From positions 186,001 through 250,000 of the forward strand of contig MCFH01000042.1 in NCBI GenBank assembly GCA_002104945.1: 64,000 nucleotides of DNA, given 5' to 3'. Made by a program: the position numbers and the translations under genes. Shown in pieces: positions 12,346 to 23,934 of the stretch. The notes below the pieces were generated by a model, which saw nothing but the letters and a program-made list of their open reading frames with translations, did no database searches and had not been told where the DNA came from. This DNA is from Piromyces finnis finn. Taxonomy: Eukaryota; Fungi; Neocallimastigomycota. The number at the start of each line of letters is the position of its first letter. Within the stretch, counting starts at the first letter, position 1.

Positions 12346-13056
12346 TGTTAAGGAACCAACAAATAATGTTATTCTTGTCATAATTAATGATTATGACCTA
12401 ATCCATTCATTATTGTTCCTAAATGTATGAAAACTTTACAATATTCTTATTTGTAAATTAATGTATACACTTAAATTATATTTAAAATTATTAATAATTA
12501 TTTTTTATTGAACTTAAATTTTATTTTATTAAACTTAAAAATTAATTTAGTAATAATAATATATTGAAAATTATAGTTTATTGAACTTTTAGTTTAATTT
12601 ATCAAGTTAATGAATTTTTATTAATTAAAATTATGAATAATATTTCTGTAAAATAGTAAAATTCTTTAGTTAAATATATTTAAAGTAAACTTTTAATGTA
12701 TGTTAATCAATTTAATAATATGTATAAATATTTATTATAATAGTAATGTAATTTTATTATTCATTTAAAAGTAATTTAAATACTAAAATTAATGTAAATA
12801 ATTAAAGACTAATTCTTTTAATTAACACTACTTAATTTTTTACAAAAAGTATAAAAAGGTGTATATTATAAGAATTAGAGAATATACAGATATTTTTATT
12901 TTTATTCTTATTTTATTTTATAATTTTATATTAATATCTTAATAAAACAATTTTATTAATAAAACAATTTTTCTTATTTCATTTTAATATTATTTTTGAG
13001 TATTAATAAATTTATTAATATTTTATAAATAAAAGTAAATTCCTCGAACCGTAACA
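12346..13056 (+). repeat. A1 3' LTR
   Basis: Direct repeat of 5137-5847. Confidence 0.96.
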
Positions 13057-13060
13057 ATTC

Positions 13061-13926
13061 TGTAATAATTCCATTATAAATTATTATATAATAGAATTAT
13101 TAACTACAATTTATTGATAAATTGAGAATAAAAAGAAAATAAATATTAATACTTATCTTTAAGTTCGAGTTTATTATAAGAGTAAAAATAATTTTACACT
13201 TTAATAAGTTAATATGTTTTATTATAACTAAGTTAAGTAAAATAAAATTAAAAACGCTTTTATTATTATAATTTGTTTCTTATAATAATAACTCTTGATT
13301 TCTTAGAAGGGAATCAAGAGTCTTTATTTATATTATTTAATAAATTTAAAGTTTAAATTAAAATTTTATCTAATCTTAACAAAATAATTTTTTGTTTAGG
13401 AAAAGATTAGAAGAAAAACCTAAACAAAGTTCGATCAACATTCTATACATATTGATCATCGTATATTTTAAGTAAAACCAATTATTTTAGAAATTGGAAA
13501 AAACCTTAAAATATCGATTCCTAAACAATGAATAATTATTTTAAAGTAATTAATTAAATAAATAATTAAATATATTTGATAAAAATATAAAGTTAAATAA
13601 AAGTAATTAATTAAATTAATTAATTAAATGAATAAATATAATTAATAAAAATATAAAGTTAAATAAAAGTAATTAATTAAATTAATTAGTTAAATGCATA
13701 AATATAATTAATAAAAATATTAAATAAAATATTAATGAATAATATAATTAAATGGTTAAATGTAATTTAAGATATTAAAATTAAGTGAAAATAAATAATT
13801 AAAATAAATTTAAATGAGAATAATTATTTAAATAGACTAATATTATTAACATTAATTAATGATTAATAATTAATGATTTTAACTAAGAAATATTAATTAT
13901 GTATCAAATAATTATTATTTCTTACA
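13061..13926 (-). mobile_element. Solo LTR 'X1' (866 bp), relative of the element C LTR
   Basis: TG...CA termini. TSD CATTC (5132-5136 / 13927-13931). Shares the terminal ATTTCTTACA and the hairpin series with the C LTRs. Confidence 0.82.
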
Positions 13927-13932
13927 CATTCA

Positions 13933-14873
13933 TGTAGTAATTTCTTATTATTGTTTACAGAAATTACTATCTACAATAATATTAACGAATAATATTGTAG
14001 TATTATTATGCGGAAATAAGAAGTATTGAACAAATTAGAATAGAAAATAGAAAGTAAAAATAAAACTTATCGAGTTTATTATAAAGATTTATAATAAACA
14101 ACCAAACACAAAGAGTCAAATGGGTCGTAAGTTTTTTTATTTAAATTACTGATTTATTAGAAGGATATTTTATTTAATTAAAAAGAAAAATGTATTTATG
14201 TTATTTATTATAACGTATTCCTTTATAATAATAACTCTTGAATTTCTAAGGAATTTCAAGAGTGTTTTATTTATAATTTTATTAAAAAATAAGGTTAAAT
14301 AAACGGGTTCTAATCTTAACAAATAAAATGTTTAGGAAAAGACTAGAAGAAAAACCTAAACATGATTTTCGATCAATATTCTAGTCATATTGATCTTCGT
14401 GTAATTTTAAGTAAAACCGAATGCTTCTTTAAAGCGAAATCGGGAAAACCTTAAAATTCCGATTCCTATTTTATCCGTGCTTAATACAATACATAAAATA
14501 TAATTAATACATAATTTAAAACAATAAGTGTAATGAATATAGTTAGTCAAAATTAAATGTATAAGATAAATAATAAGTAAGTAAATTATTTATATTAATT
14601 AAATGTACATAAAAATTAATAATTAAATAAATTTATAAAGTTAATTAAATATATAAGAATATAGCAAGTAAATAAATTTTATATTTTATATAAGTGTATA
14701 TAAAATTAATATTTTAAGTAAATCATAAGTATTAACTAAATGAATGAAATATTAAATAATTTAATAAATTATTAGTAATAGTTGAATGTATAGAAAATAA
14801 TAATTTAAATAAATTTGTATTAAATAATAAGAAATAATAATTATTCAATTATGAATAATTAATATTTCTTACA
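13933..14873 (-). mobile_element. Solo LTR 'X2' (941 bp), relative of the element C LTR
   Basis: TGTAGTAATT...ATTTCTTACA. TSD ATTCA (13928-13932 / 14874-14878). Confidence 0.85.
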
Positions 14874-14891
14874 ATTCATTGTGTAGTAATT

Positions 14892-15539
14892 TGATATAAG
14901 GCAAACTTAAATGATTATAAAAACAACAATAATTATTAATGAAGAAATAAAATTATATAAGTAAGTTCTAATTAACAATTTAATATTAAACTTAAAAACA
15001 AATTTATAATAAATAAATAAATAAGATAAAATTAAATGTAGAAATAAATTAATAAATATTAAAATAATAATTCAAAACAAAGTTAAATTTAGTTATAATT
15101 AATTAGTATTTAAGTAAAAAATAAATAAATAAACAAATAATTATTTTTAAAATTCCGATATTATTAACATGTAAATAAACTATAATGTAATTAATAATTA
15201 GATATTTATAATTAAATATTTGTTTATAACAAAACATAATTAAAGAAGATAAATTAAAGTTTATATTAATAGAAAAATATAAATAATCTTTTAATTCCTT
15301 TATTTAAACATTATTATTAGTATAGTTAATAATCATAAACACATTATTTTTTAATAAAATTTAACTAATAAAATAGTTATTAATAAAACATTTTATTTTT
15401 TTTATAGATTTTGTGTTTTAATAAAACAAATTATTTATTTTTTTTTTTTGTTACAAATTATTATCACTTTTAATAACTTCAAGTTATTAAATTAAGATAA
15501 TAATAAGTTATTATATAAGAAATATATAACATTGTAACA
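14892..15539. mobile_element. Solo LTR 'Z' (648 bp) inserted in the outer end of the C 3' LTR
   Basis: TGATATAAGG...TGTAACA. 4-bp TSD AATT (14888-14891 / 15540-15543). Removal restores TGTAGTAATTATATTG as in the intact 5' LTR. Confidence 0.85.
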
Positions 15540-16384
15540 AATTATATTGTAATGTATATAATAAATAGTACAATATAATTACTTATTGATAACTCAATAT
15601 TAGAATTTAATATTAAATTATATGTATATAGAAAGAAAAAAATAATGAAAAAATTAAATATAGAATTAAGATTAGAACTTAGCGAGTTTATTATAAGGAT
15701 TTATAATAAACAACAAAAACACAAATGGGAAGGAGGATAAGAGTGAGATGTATTAAAATTATGTTTTAATAATATGTTTTTTTATTAAAATAGAATTATT
15801 TGTTATTTATTATAATTAATTTTTCTTATAATAATAACTCTTGAATTTCTAAAGAATTTCAAGAGTGTCTTATTTATATTTTTATTAGAAATTAAGGTTA
15901 AATAAATGGGTTCTAATCTTAACAAATTAAATGTTTAGGAAAAGACTAGAAGAAAAACCTAAACAAGTTTTCGACCAATATTCTAATCATATTAGTCATC
16001 GTGTAAATTTTAAGTAAAACCAATTATAATAATCGGGAAAACCTTAAAATACCGATTTCCTAAAGTAAATCCGTGTTTAGATATAATATGTAAATTAATT
16101 AGTAATACACAATTAAATTACAGGATTCTTATATATAAATATTATTTAAAAATCAAATGTATAAAATATTATTTAACTAAATAAATTAAATAAGTAAATT
16201 AAGTGCATAAAATATTATTTAACTAAATAAATTAAATAAATAAATTAAGTGCATAAAATATTATTTAACTAAATAAATTAAATAAATAAATTAAGTGTAT
16301 AAAATATTATGTAACTAAATAAATAAATAAATTATTAAACTAATAAGAAATATTAATTATTTAGATTGAAATAATTATTATTTC

Positions 16385-19234
16385 TTACATTGCCCCTTTT
16401 ATATCTGGTTCCTTCAAATCGTCGTTTCTATTTATATATGGCTCTAATTGGGATATATGAAATACCGGATGTAAGTGTAAGTTTTCTGGTAATTCCAAGC
16501 GGTAGTTCATTCTTTCCCTCTTCTCCAAAATACGAAATGGTCCAAGATATTGAGTGGAAAGTTTCTTAGAAGGTTCGTTAGAAAAATAATGTCTTCTCAA
16601 CATTACTAAATCATTAATTTGTAAAGAGGGTCCAACGGATTTTTTTCTATCACCAAATTTTTTGAAATCCTCTTTAGCTTTTATAAGGTGTTGTCGAAGT
16701 GCGTCAAAATGAGAGGCCCAATTTCTTGTTAGTACAGAAGCATTATCCTTTAGGAGAATCGGAGGGGAATCAATAGTGCAATTGGGATGGAATCCATAAT
16801 TAGCGTGAAATGGTGTTTGATTAATTGATCTATTAATAGAGTTGTTATATGCCATTTCACAGAGAGGGAGATAGTAGCACCATTCATTTTGGGATGAAGA
16901 ACAATAACATCTAAGATACTGTTCGATGACAGCATTCGCTCTCTCAATTTGTCCATTGGATTGTTGATGGAAAGCGGTAGCAAGACTTGGTTTAGCATGA
17001 ATAGCGGAGCATAAAGAAGTCCAAAATTGAGATGAAAATTGAGAGCCATGGTCAGAAACTATTACTTTAGGAAATCCATGATATCTGAACACTTGGGACA
17101 ATAGGAGTTTAGCAGTGAGGTCAGCAGAGGGGACGTCTGCACAAGGCACTAGATGAACCATCTTTGTTAGATGATCAGCAGCAACCATGATGCATGTACA
17201 ATCTTTAGATGGAGGCAAAGAGACAATAAAATCAACGCCAATAACTTCCCAGGGTTTTGTAGGAATAGGAAGAGGTAATAATTTACCATAAGGCTTATGT
17301 CTACGAATCTTACCTCTACTGCAGACATCATCACACGAAAGAACATAATTTGAGATATCTTTCTTCATATTAGGCCACCAGTAGGATCTTTTGAGTTTTT
17401 CAAAAGTCCTATCTACCCCCTGATGGCCACTAGTTGGAGCATCATGGAAGGATTTAAGTAATCTTACCTTGAGCGAAGATGGAACGATGATGCGTTTTTG
17501 GAAATGTAAAACACCATCAATAAGACTAAATAATGAACTATTAATGTTTCCGGAGCTCGATTTAATTTTATTTAAAGTATTTCGACAAAATTTGTCGCCT
17601 TTTTGAGCACTGATAAGGTTGTCAATATTATCATTCATTGAGCAACAAAATACATCATTATTATTAAATATCGTTACAGGTTTCATATTAGTGTTTTTTT
17701 TATAGTCTGGTCGTCTTGATAACGCGTCGGGTTTCCCACTTTTTGAACCTGGCCTGAATGCAATTCTAAAATCAAATTTAGAAAGAAAAAGGCTCCAGCG
17801 TATCTGCCTTTGGTTTAGATGCTGAGGCTTCTTAAGATATAACAGATTTTTGTGATCTGTAATTATCTGAACGGGGTACTTAGCACCTTCCAGATGGTGT
17901 CTCCAGGTATCGAAAGCAGTTATAATTGCCAAAAGTTCTTTATCGTATATAGTATAATTAGTTTCGGCATTGTTAAGTGATCTGGAGTGGAAGGCAACTG
18001 GATGTAATAAATTATCAAGATCGCTGATTTGGGAGAGAACACAACCAACAGCAAAATCGCTTGCGTCGGTTTCGACAATATACTCTTTTTCCGGATCAGG
18101 AAAGATTAATATTTCTCCGACTCTAAATGCGTCCTTTAATTTATTAAAAGAGTTTTCAGCACAGTCATCCCAAATAAATTCATTACCCTTTTTTAGCAAT
18201 TTACGCAAAGGTTCCATGTAAGAAGCGAAATCTTTGATGAATTTTCTGTAGAAATTACAAAGACCAAGAAAGCTTTGTAATTCCTTAATATTTTTTGGTA
18301 TCGGCCAGTCTAATACTGACTTAACCTTATTCTTATCCATAGACAAACCCTTAGTAGAAACAGTAAAACCTAAGAATGTAGTTTCAGAAACATGAAAGTC
18401 ACATTTCTCCAACTTAACGTATAATCCATTATCCAGGAGTAATTTAAGAACTATCCGAACGTGATTTATATGCTCTTGGAGGGAACAAGAGTAGATGATG
18501 ATATCATCAAGATATACTTGCACAAAGGATCCTATGGTGTTGTTAAGGGTATCTTGGACAAAACGTTGAAATACAGATGGAGCATTTCTTAATCCAAAAG
18601 GCATCACCAGATATTCGAAATGCCCTAACGGTGTCCTGAAAGCAGTGAGATATTCGTGACCTTCTTTAACCCTTACCAAATTGTATGCAGATCTGAGGTC
18701 TAAGCGGGTATAAATATTAGCGCCTTTAAAAGATTCAATTAGATCATTGATTCTTGGGATCGGGTAGCTATTACGAATGGTGATGGCATTCAGACGTCTG
18801 TAATCAACACACAATCTAAGGGTTCCATCGTGTTTCTTAACAAAGAGAACTGGGGCTCCAGCAGGCGATTTGGATTTTCTAATGAAGTTCTTTTTTAAAT
18901 TATCTTTAATATACTCCTTTAACGTGTTCATTTCGGGTACAGCGAGGGAGTATATTGGTCCAAAATATAATTGACCACCAGGGATAAGGTCTATAGAAAT
19001 ATCATATTCCCGGTGAGGTGGTAGTTTCTCGGCTTCTTTCTTTTCAAAAACTGATTTAAGGTCAGAGTAATACTGGCTAATTATCACATACTTAGTCTGA
19101 TCATTGTTATTTGTTTCTTCACCAATAGGCATAGCTGCGCAAAAGTCTGTATCAAGAAGATCATCCTCAGAGATCATATCAGGAATAATAGAATCGAGAT
19201 TATTTTTCTTATTTGCTTCCTTATCTTCTACCAT
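16385..19234 (-). CDS. pol: Element C RT-RNase H-integrase (949 aa), GPY/F module at C-terminus; stop overlaps the LTR start (ATG TAA)
   Basis: LPPHREYD, LRLCVDYRRLN, LDLRSAYNLVR, VYLDDIII, VETDASDFAVG, TDHKNL, HDAPTSGH, DHGSQF, QSNGQIER, YLGPF...HPVFHISQLEPY. Confidence 0.93.
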   Translation of the reverse strand: MVEDKEANKKNNLDSIIPDMISEDDLLDTDFCAAMPIGEETNNNDQTKYVIISQYYSDLKSVFEKKEAEKLPPHREYDISIDLIPGGQLYFGPIYSLAVPEMNTLKEYIKDNLKKNFIRKSKSPAGAPVLFVKKHDGTLRLCVDYRRLNAITIRNSYPIPRINDLIESFKGANIYTRLDLRSAYNLVRVKEGHEYLTAFRTPLGHFEYLVMPFGLRNAPSVFQRFVQDTLNNTIGSFVQVYLDDIIIYSCSLQEHINHVRIVLKLLLDNGLYVKLEKCDFHVSETTFLGFTVSTKGLSMDKNKVKSVLDWPIPKNIKELQSFLGLCNFYRKFIKDFASYMEPLRKLLKKGNEFIWDDCAENSFNKLKDAFRVGEILIFPDPEKEYIVETDASDFAVGCVLSQISDLDNLLHPVAFHSRSLNNAETNYTIYDKELLAIITAFDTWRHHLEGAKYPVQIITDHKNLLYLKKPQHLNQRQIRWSLFLSKFDFRIAFRPGSKSGKPDALSRRPDYKKNTNMKPVTIFNNNDVFCCSMNDNIDNLISAQKGDKFCRNTLNKIKSSSGNINSSLFSLIDGVLHFQKRIIVPSSLKVRLLKSFHDAPTSGHQGVDRTFEKLKRSYWWPNMKKDISNYVLSCDDVCSRGKIRRHKPYGKLLPLPIPTKPWEVIGVDFIVSLPPSKDCTCIMVAADHLTKMVHLVPCADVPSADLTAKLLLSQVFRYHGFPKVIVSDHGSQFSSQFWTSLCSAIHAKPSLATAFHQQSNGQIERANAVIEQYLRCYCSSSQNEWCYYLPLCEMAYNNSINRSINQTPFHANYGFHPNCTIDSPPILLKDNASVLTRNWASHFDALRQHLIKAKEDFKKFGDRKKSVGPSLQINDLVMLRRHYFSNEPSKKLSTQYLGPFRILEKRERMNYRLELPENLHLHPVFHISQLEPYINRNDDLKEPDIKGAM

Positions 19235-20468
19235 GGAAGCAGTAATATTATCGTATTGTCTAAAAATTTTGTTCTTTTTTGAGGACAGTGAGACCCACAG
19301 AAACTACCGATGAAGTAAATTTTATTGGTTTTATAATTGATGAAGGGGTTGTGTAAGGATAACCAATCCCTTCCGAGAATTCCATTAATACCTTGAAGAG
19401 AGAGGTCAGCAATGCAAAACTCAAAAGTCTCTGAATGGTCCATTATCTTCAACTTCAGAGGTTTGGTAGTTTGCTTTATTGTCATACTCTTTCCGTTTGG
19501 AAGTTGAATGTTTATGGGAGAGGAGAGTCCAGAAGTTTGAATTTTGGTATTGTTAGCAAAGTTCTTACATATAAAACTTCTTGCAGAACCTGAATCTATT
19601 AGTAAATTTACCTTTACGTTTTTTCCATTTACAAATAGGTAAAATGATGTAGTAATGGATGTCTTCCCATTCGGAGTATAATTTGCAGAGAGTATGTCAT
19701 TTTTGAATTTATTTTTCATTTGATGAAAGTGCTTTGAGTGTTTTTCTATTTTGTTTAGTTCTTTTCTCCTTTTAAAATAGGATTTGCTATCTCTAGAATT
19801 TCTGTTCTTTTCCCTTAGACAATTTTCTAAATAACATTTCTTATCTAATCCTATGATTATGTTAGTTGCATCAAATAATGAATTGGGTTTTTCTAACTTA
19901 TCAAATTCGTCACGAACACGATTATCAAGACCTTTTCCAATTATATCAATTAGTACTTCATCAGGCCATCCTAGACGTCCAGCCAACCTTCGAAATTCGA
20001 TAGTGTATTCAACAACACTACCTAACTGGAGTTGCTTAAGTTTCCACAGCTTTTCCATTATCACATATTTCTGCTTCCTTTCACTTCCAACATCGAAATT
20101 ATCCAGTAGAAGATTCTTAAATTGATCATAGCTTATTTTCTTAATAGTTCCATCTATTAAGAGGGAGAGTCCCCATTTTCTTGCATTTCCAGACAATTTA
20201 TTGATTACAAAAGAGGTTCTTGATTCTTCATTTCTAAAGGATTCTGGATGTTCCTTAAAAAATTCTTCACTTTGAATTAAAGTTTCAAGTATATTTGCTG
20301 GATTTTTTGTTTCATTCTCTTTAGAAAGGATGCCATTAGGGGAAAAAAAGCAGGAATGAAATCAGTAATAGCTGTGATAAGCTTGGAAGTTTGGGGATCT
20401 TGTACTCCATTATTTTTTTCATTAATATTTTGACCAATATTTATTTCATTACGTTCGGGGTAGTCCAT
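19228..20468 (-). pseudogene. gag: Element C gag-protease region, with single-base slips in homopolymers (~20343-20349 and ~19275-19280)
   Basis: Retrotransposon capsid-like ...KLSGNARKW...YTIEFRRLAGRLGW.... Protease LLIDSGSARSF...GILGRDWL. Each segment joins the next by a -1 shift. Confidence 0.8.
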
Positions 20469-21370
20469 ATTATTTTTTCCAATATTATTGAAATAATATA
20501 TTATATATAAAAAAAAAATAGTATTAGTGATGGAAATATATATAAATATATAATTATTTTATTTTATTTTATTTTTTTTTTTTTAATTGATTGGTTTAAT
20601 ATTTTATTTTATTCTATTTTTTTTTTTTTTATATATATATATCTTGTTTGATTGATTGGTTTTAAAAAAATTTTTTTTTTTTTTTTTTTGATTGGTGTAT
20701 TTTTTTTTTTTTTTTCAATGTTTGTTGGAGAAGAGTTATTATTGTAGTAATTATATTGTAATGTATATAATAAATAGTACAATATAATTACTTATTGATA
20801 ACTCAATATTAGAATTTAATATTAAATTATATGTATATAGAAAGAAAAAAATAATGAAAAAATTAAATATAGAATTAAGATTAGAACTTAGCGAGTTTAT
20901 TATAAGGATTTATAATAAACAACAAAAACACAAATGGGAAGGAGGATAAGAGTGAGATGTATTAAAATTATGTTTTAATAATATGTTTTTTTATTAAAAT
21001 AGAATTATTTGTTATTTATTATAATTAATTTTTCTTATAATAATAACTCTTGAATTTCTAAAGAATTTCAAGAGTGTCTTATTTATATTTTTATTAGAAA
21101 TTAAGGTTAAATAAATGGGTTCTAATCTTAACAAATTAAATGTTTAGGAAAAGACTAGAAGAAAAACCTAAACAAGTTTTCGACCAATATTCTAATCATA
21201 TTAGTCATCGTGTAAATTTTAAGTAAAACCAATTATAATAATCGGGAAAACCTTAAAATACCGATTTCCTAAAGTAAATCCGTGTTTAGATATAATATGT
21301 AAATTAATTAGTAATACACAATTAAATTACAGGATTCTTATATATAAATATTATTTAAAAATCAAATGTA

Positions 21371-21620
21371 TAAAATATTATTTAACTAAATAAATTAAAT
21401 AAATAAATTAAGTGCATAAAATATTATTTAACTAAATAAATTAAATAAGTAAATTAAGTGCATAAAATATTATTTAACTAAATAAATTAAATAAGTAAAT
21501 TAAGTGCATAAAATATTATTTAACTAAATAAATTAAATAAATAAATTAAGTGCATAAAATATTATTTAACTAAATAAATTAAATAAATAAATTAAGTGTA
21601 TAAAATATTATGTAACTAAA
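21371..21620. repeat. 46-bp tandem repeat in the C LTR (5 full units here; 3 in the 3' LTR at 16162-16299)
   Basis: Unit TAAAATATTATTTAACTAAATAAATTAAATAA(A/G)TAAATTAAGTGCA starts at 21371, 21417, 21463, 21509, 21555. The LTR length difference 948-856=92 equals 2 units. Confidence 0.9.
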
Positions 21621-22262
21621 TAAATAAATAAATTATTAAACTAATAAGAAATATTAATTATTTAGATTGAAATAATTATTATTTCTTACACATTGATACG
21701 TGATAAAATTATATAGTTAAAAATATTAAATTTATATAGTTATTTTTAAGGGTTAGCAATTATTTAAGAAAAATAATAATTTAATCTATTATTGAATAAC
21801 CAATAAAATATTATAAAAATTTTATATAAAAATAACAAAAATTCACTTTTATTAAGAAAGGAGAGTTCTTTGATAAATATAATTAATTATTGAGAATTTT
21901 TATATCTGTTTTAACTAAAAATATTTTTTATATTAAATATATAAATGTACTTAAAATTATTTTTATTAATAAAATAAAAGAGAAAGTTACAAATAAGATT
22001 TTTTTTATGTTTAATCCTTTTTTTTTCTTATATTCAAATACTTTGTGTATAAATTGTTAAAAATAATAAAAGTAAAAGCAAAATAATTAATAACACTAAA
22101 AAATAATTATTAGTTATAATATAAATAAATATACAAATAATCATTTTTTTTATTCTTTTATTAGAATATATTATTTTGTATAAATCCCTTTTGTTCGACT
22201 CCTGGAAATAAAATAAATAATTAAATTTATGGTATTATTAAATAATACGTACCATAAATTTT

Positions 22263-22279
22263 TGGTGGAGAATCCGGGC
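22263..22279 (+). promoter_or_regulatory. PBS of D, complementary to a second tRNA-Ala isoacceptor (not in the window)
   Basis: Implies tRNA 3' end GCCCGGATTCTCCA-CCA, with the Ala-type ...CTCCA acceptor end. Differs from the UGC gene at 51222. Confidence 0.75.
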
Positions 22280-22414
22280 GAGCAAAACAAAATAATATGA
22301 AAAACAATAAAAGATAATAATAATATTTAGAAGAACTTATATATATATATATATAAAAAAAAAAAAAAAAAAAAAGGAAATATAAATATATAAATAATAA
22401 ATAAATAAAAAAAA

Positions 22415-23665
22415 ATGATGGATGCATCAAAATTACAAAGGGCTATCCCACAGTTAAATGAATATGGAAAGGATGTGGATAGTTGGATGGAAGAATTTTC
22501 TCGGATAATGGAAATCTATGACATAACTGAGCCTAGAAGAATTTTTATATGGGCTAAGGAGGCTGTTGACTGTGATATTAAAGAAGTATTAAATTCTTTA
22601 GTAAAAAGGAGAAACAACGAAATGCATTACCCAAAATTCAAAGAAATCCAAGTAGCCATAGAAGAGTACTTAGAGATAACTCCTAATGAAAAATGTTCTA
22701 ACCTAAAACTTCTGAAAATTAGGGATAATGAAACAATAAAAAATTTCAACTATAGATATTTAAAATTATACCATCATTTAGATCATGATTATATGAGGTT
22801 GATATCTGTAGAAGATTATTTAAATGCTATTAAAACGAGAGTATATCCACACTCTCAGGTTATTATTTCAGAATGTGAAACATTAACAGAAGCTTTTAAA
22901 GTGGCTGAAAGAGCTGAAAAGGCCGAGAAGAAAACAATGAATAATAGTTATATTAACACTAATAATAATGCTAATACTGCTAACATAAACATGTTAACCC
23001 AAAACTATGGATATTCCTCTCTTTTGAATCATCCAATATATAGTACCCTTACTAATCATAGCTACCCAGATGATTATCCTAATATGAATTATGGAAGAAA
23101 TTATAAGAATATGGATATGTACGATCAACCTAGAAATTTTTACAATAATCATAATAATTATAATAATCACTTAGGGTATAGTAATTACAACACTTATGAA
23201 AATAGTCCTAACCTCAATAATAGTGGCAATCCTAGAAACAATAATCGATTCGGAAATATTAACAAAATAGGATATATTAAAAACGCTAATAATTTTAATC
23301 AAACCAAATTTAGTAATTTTCGCAATTTCAATAATAATAACTCTAATAATGGAAATATTGAATTTAATAAAGATGAAAATGGAAATATTAATGCAGATAA
23401 TCACCAAGGATATAATAATAATATTAATTATAATAGAAATAATACTATTAGTGGAGGGTATAATTCTAACCCTGGCTTACAAAACAATACTTATGGTAAT
23501 AAGCTTAGGGCCATTCAGTGCTATAGATGTAAACAGCATGGTCACAAAGCCAGTGTCTGTCCATATTCTATGGAACAGATTAGGATGTTTCAAAACGGTA
23601 CTAATAATAAAGAAGTAAATAATAAAGATGGAATTAACAATGTTAAGCATTTAAACTCCAATTAG
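22415..23665 (+). CDS. gag: Element D Gag (416 aa) with Asn-rich region and CCHC knuckle
   Basis: CYRCKQHGHKASVC; ends ...KHLNSN* at a TTTAAAC slippery site. Confidence 0.9.
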   Translation: MMDASKLQRAIPQLNEYGKDVDSWMEEFSRIMEIYDITEPRRIFIWAKEAVDCDIKEVLNSLVKRRNNEMHYPKFKEIQVAIEEYLEITPNEKCSNLKLLKIRDNETIKNFNYRYLKLYHHLDHDYMRLISVEDYLNAIKTRVYPHSQVIISECETLTEAFKVAERAEKAEKKTMNNSYINTNNNANTANINMLTQNYGYSSLLNHPIYSTLTNHSYPDDYPNMNYGRNYKNMDMYDQPRNFYNNHNNYNNHLGYSNYNTYENSPNLNNSGNPRNNNRFGNINKIGYIKNANNFNQTKFSNFRNFNNNNSNNGNIEFNKDENGNINADNHQGYNNNINYNRNNTISGGYNSNPGLQNNTYGNKLRAIQCYRCKQHGHKASVCPYSMEQIRMFQNGTNNKEVNNKDGINNVKHLNSN

Positions 23666-23685
23666 GGAGAAGGATAACTCCCAAT
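23650..23685 (+). promoter_or_regulatory. Predicted -1 frameshift signal T TTA AAC + hairpin
   Basis: Heptamer 23650-23656. Stem ATT(A)GGGAG/CTCCCAAT 23661-23685. The -1 frame is open from 23647 to 28356. Confidence 0.85.
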
Positions 23686-23934
23686 AATCAAACCGTCATT
23701 AATGGAAAATATAATGAAAATAAAGATAATAAAAATATAAATTTATTCAATTATTCAAATAATAAAAATCCACTTTATAATAATGATAATATACAGTATT
23801 CTAATAATCAATATGAAAATAATACTAATTATGCTCAAAAAGAGATTAATTTAAATAATAAGAATACTACTTCTTACGGAACTAGTTTTAATTATTCCAA
23901 CAATGAAAAGTATAAAGCTGAAAATAATAATGGG

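Larger units (their letters stand above)
5137..13056 (+). mobile_element. Full-length Ty3/gypsy LTR retrotransposon 'A1'
   Basis: Two 711-bp LTRs (5137-5847, 12346-13056; TGTTAAGG...CGTAACA). 4-bp TSD ATTC (5133-5136 / 13057-13060). PBS, gag, intact 1328-aa pol, PPT GTGGGGGCACT 12335-12345. Confidence 0.96.
14882..21690 (-). mobile_element. Tf1/sushi-like (chromovirus-clade) Ty3/gypsy element 'C', no chromodomain seen
   Basis: 5' LTR 20743-21690 (948 bp); 3' LTR 14882-16389 (interrupted by Z). TSD CATTG (14877-14881 / 21691-21695). PPT AAAAGGGGCAA 16400-16390. No tRNA PBS; self-complementary PBS at 20731-20742. Confidence 0.93.

Noticed and set aside
19228-20468. Two -1 junctions in element C as programmed frameshifts
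   Set aside because: Both lie in homopolymer runs, one near the gag N-terminus, and I saw no clear stimulator. Mutation or long-read indel is more likely.
21371-21620. Tandem repeats as a CRISPR-like array
   Set aside because: Head-to-tail units without unique spacers, no cas genes, eukaryotic context.
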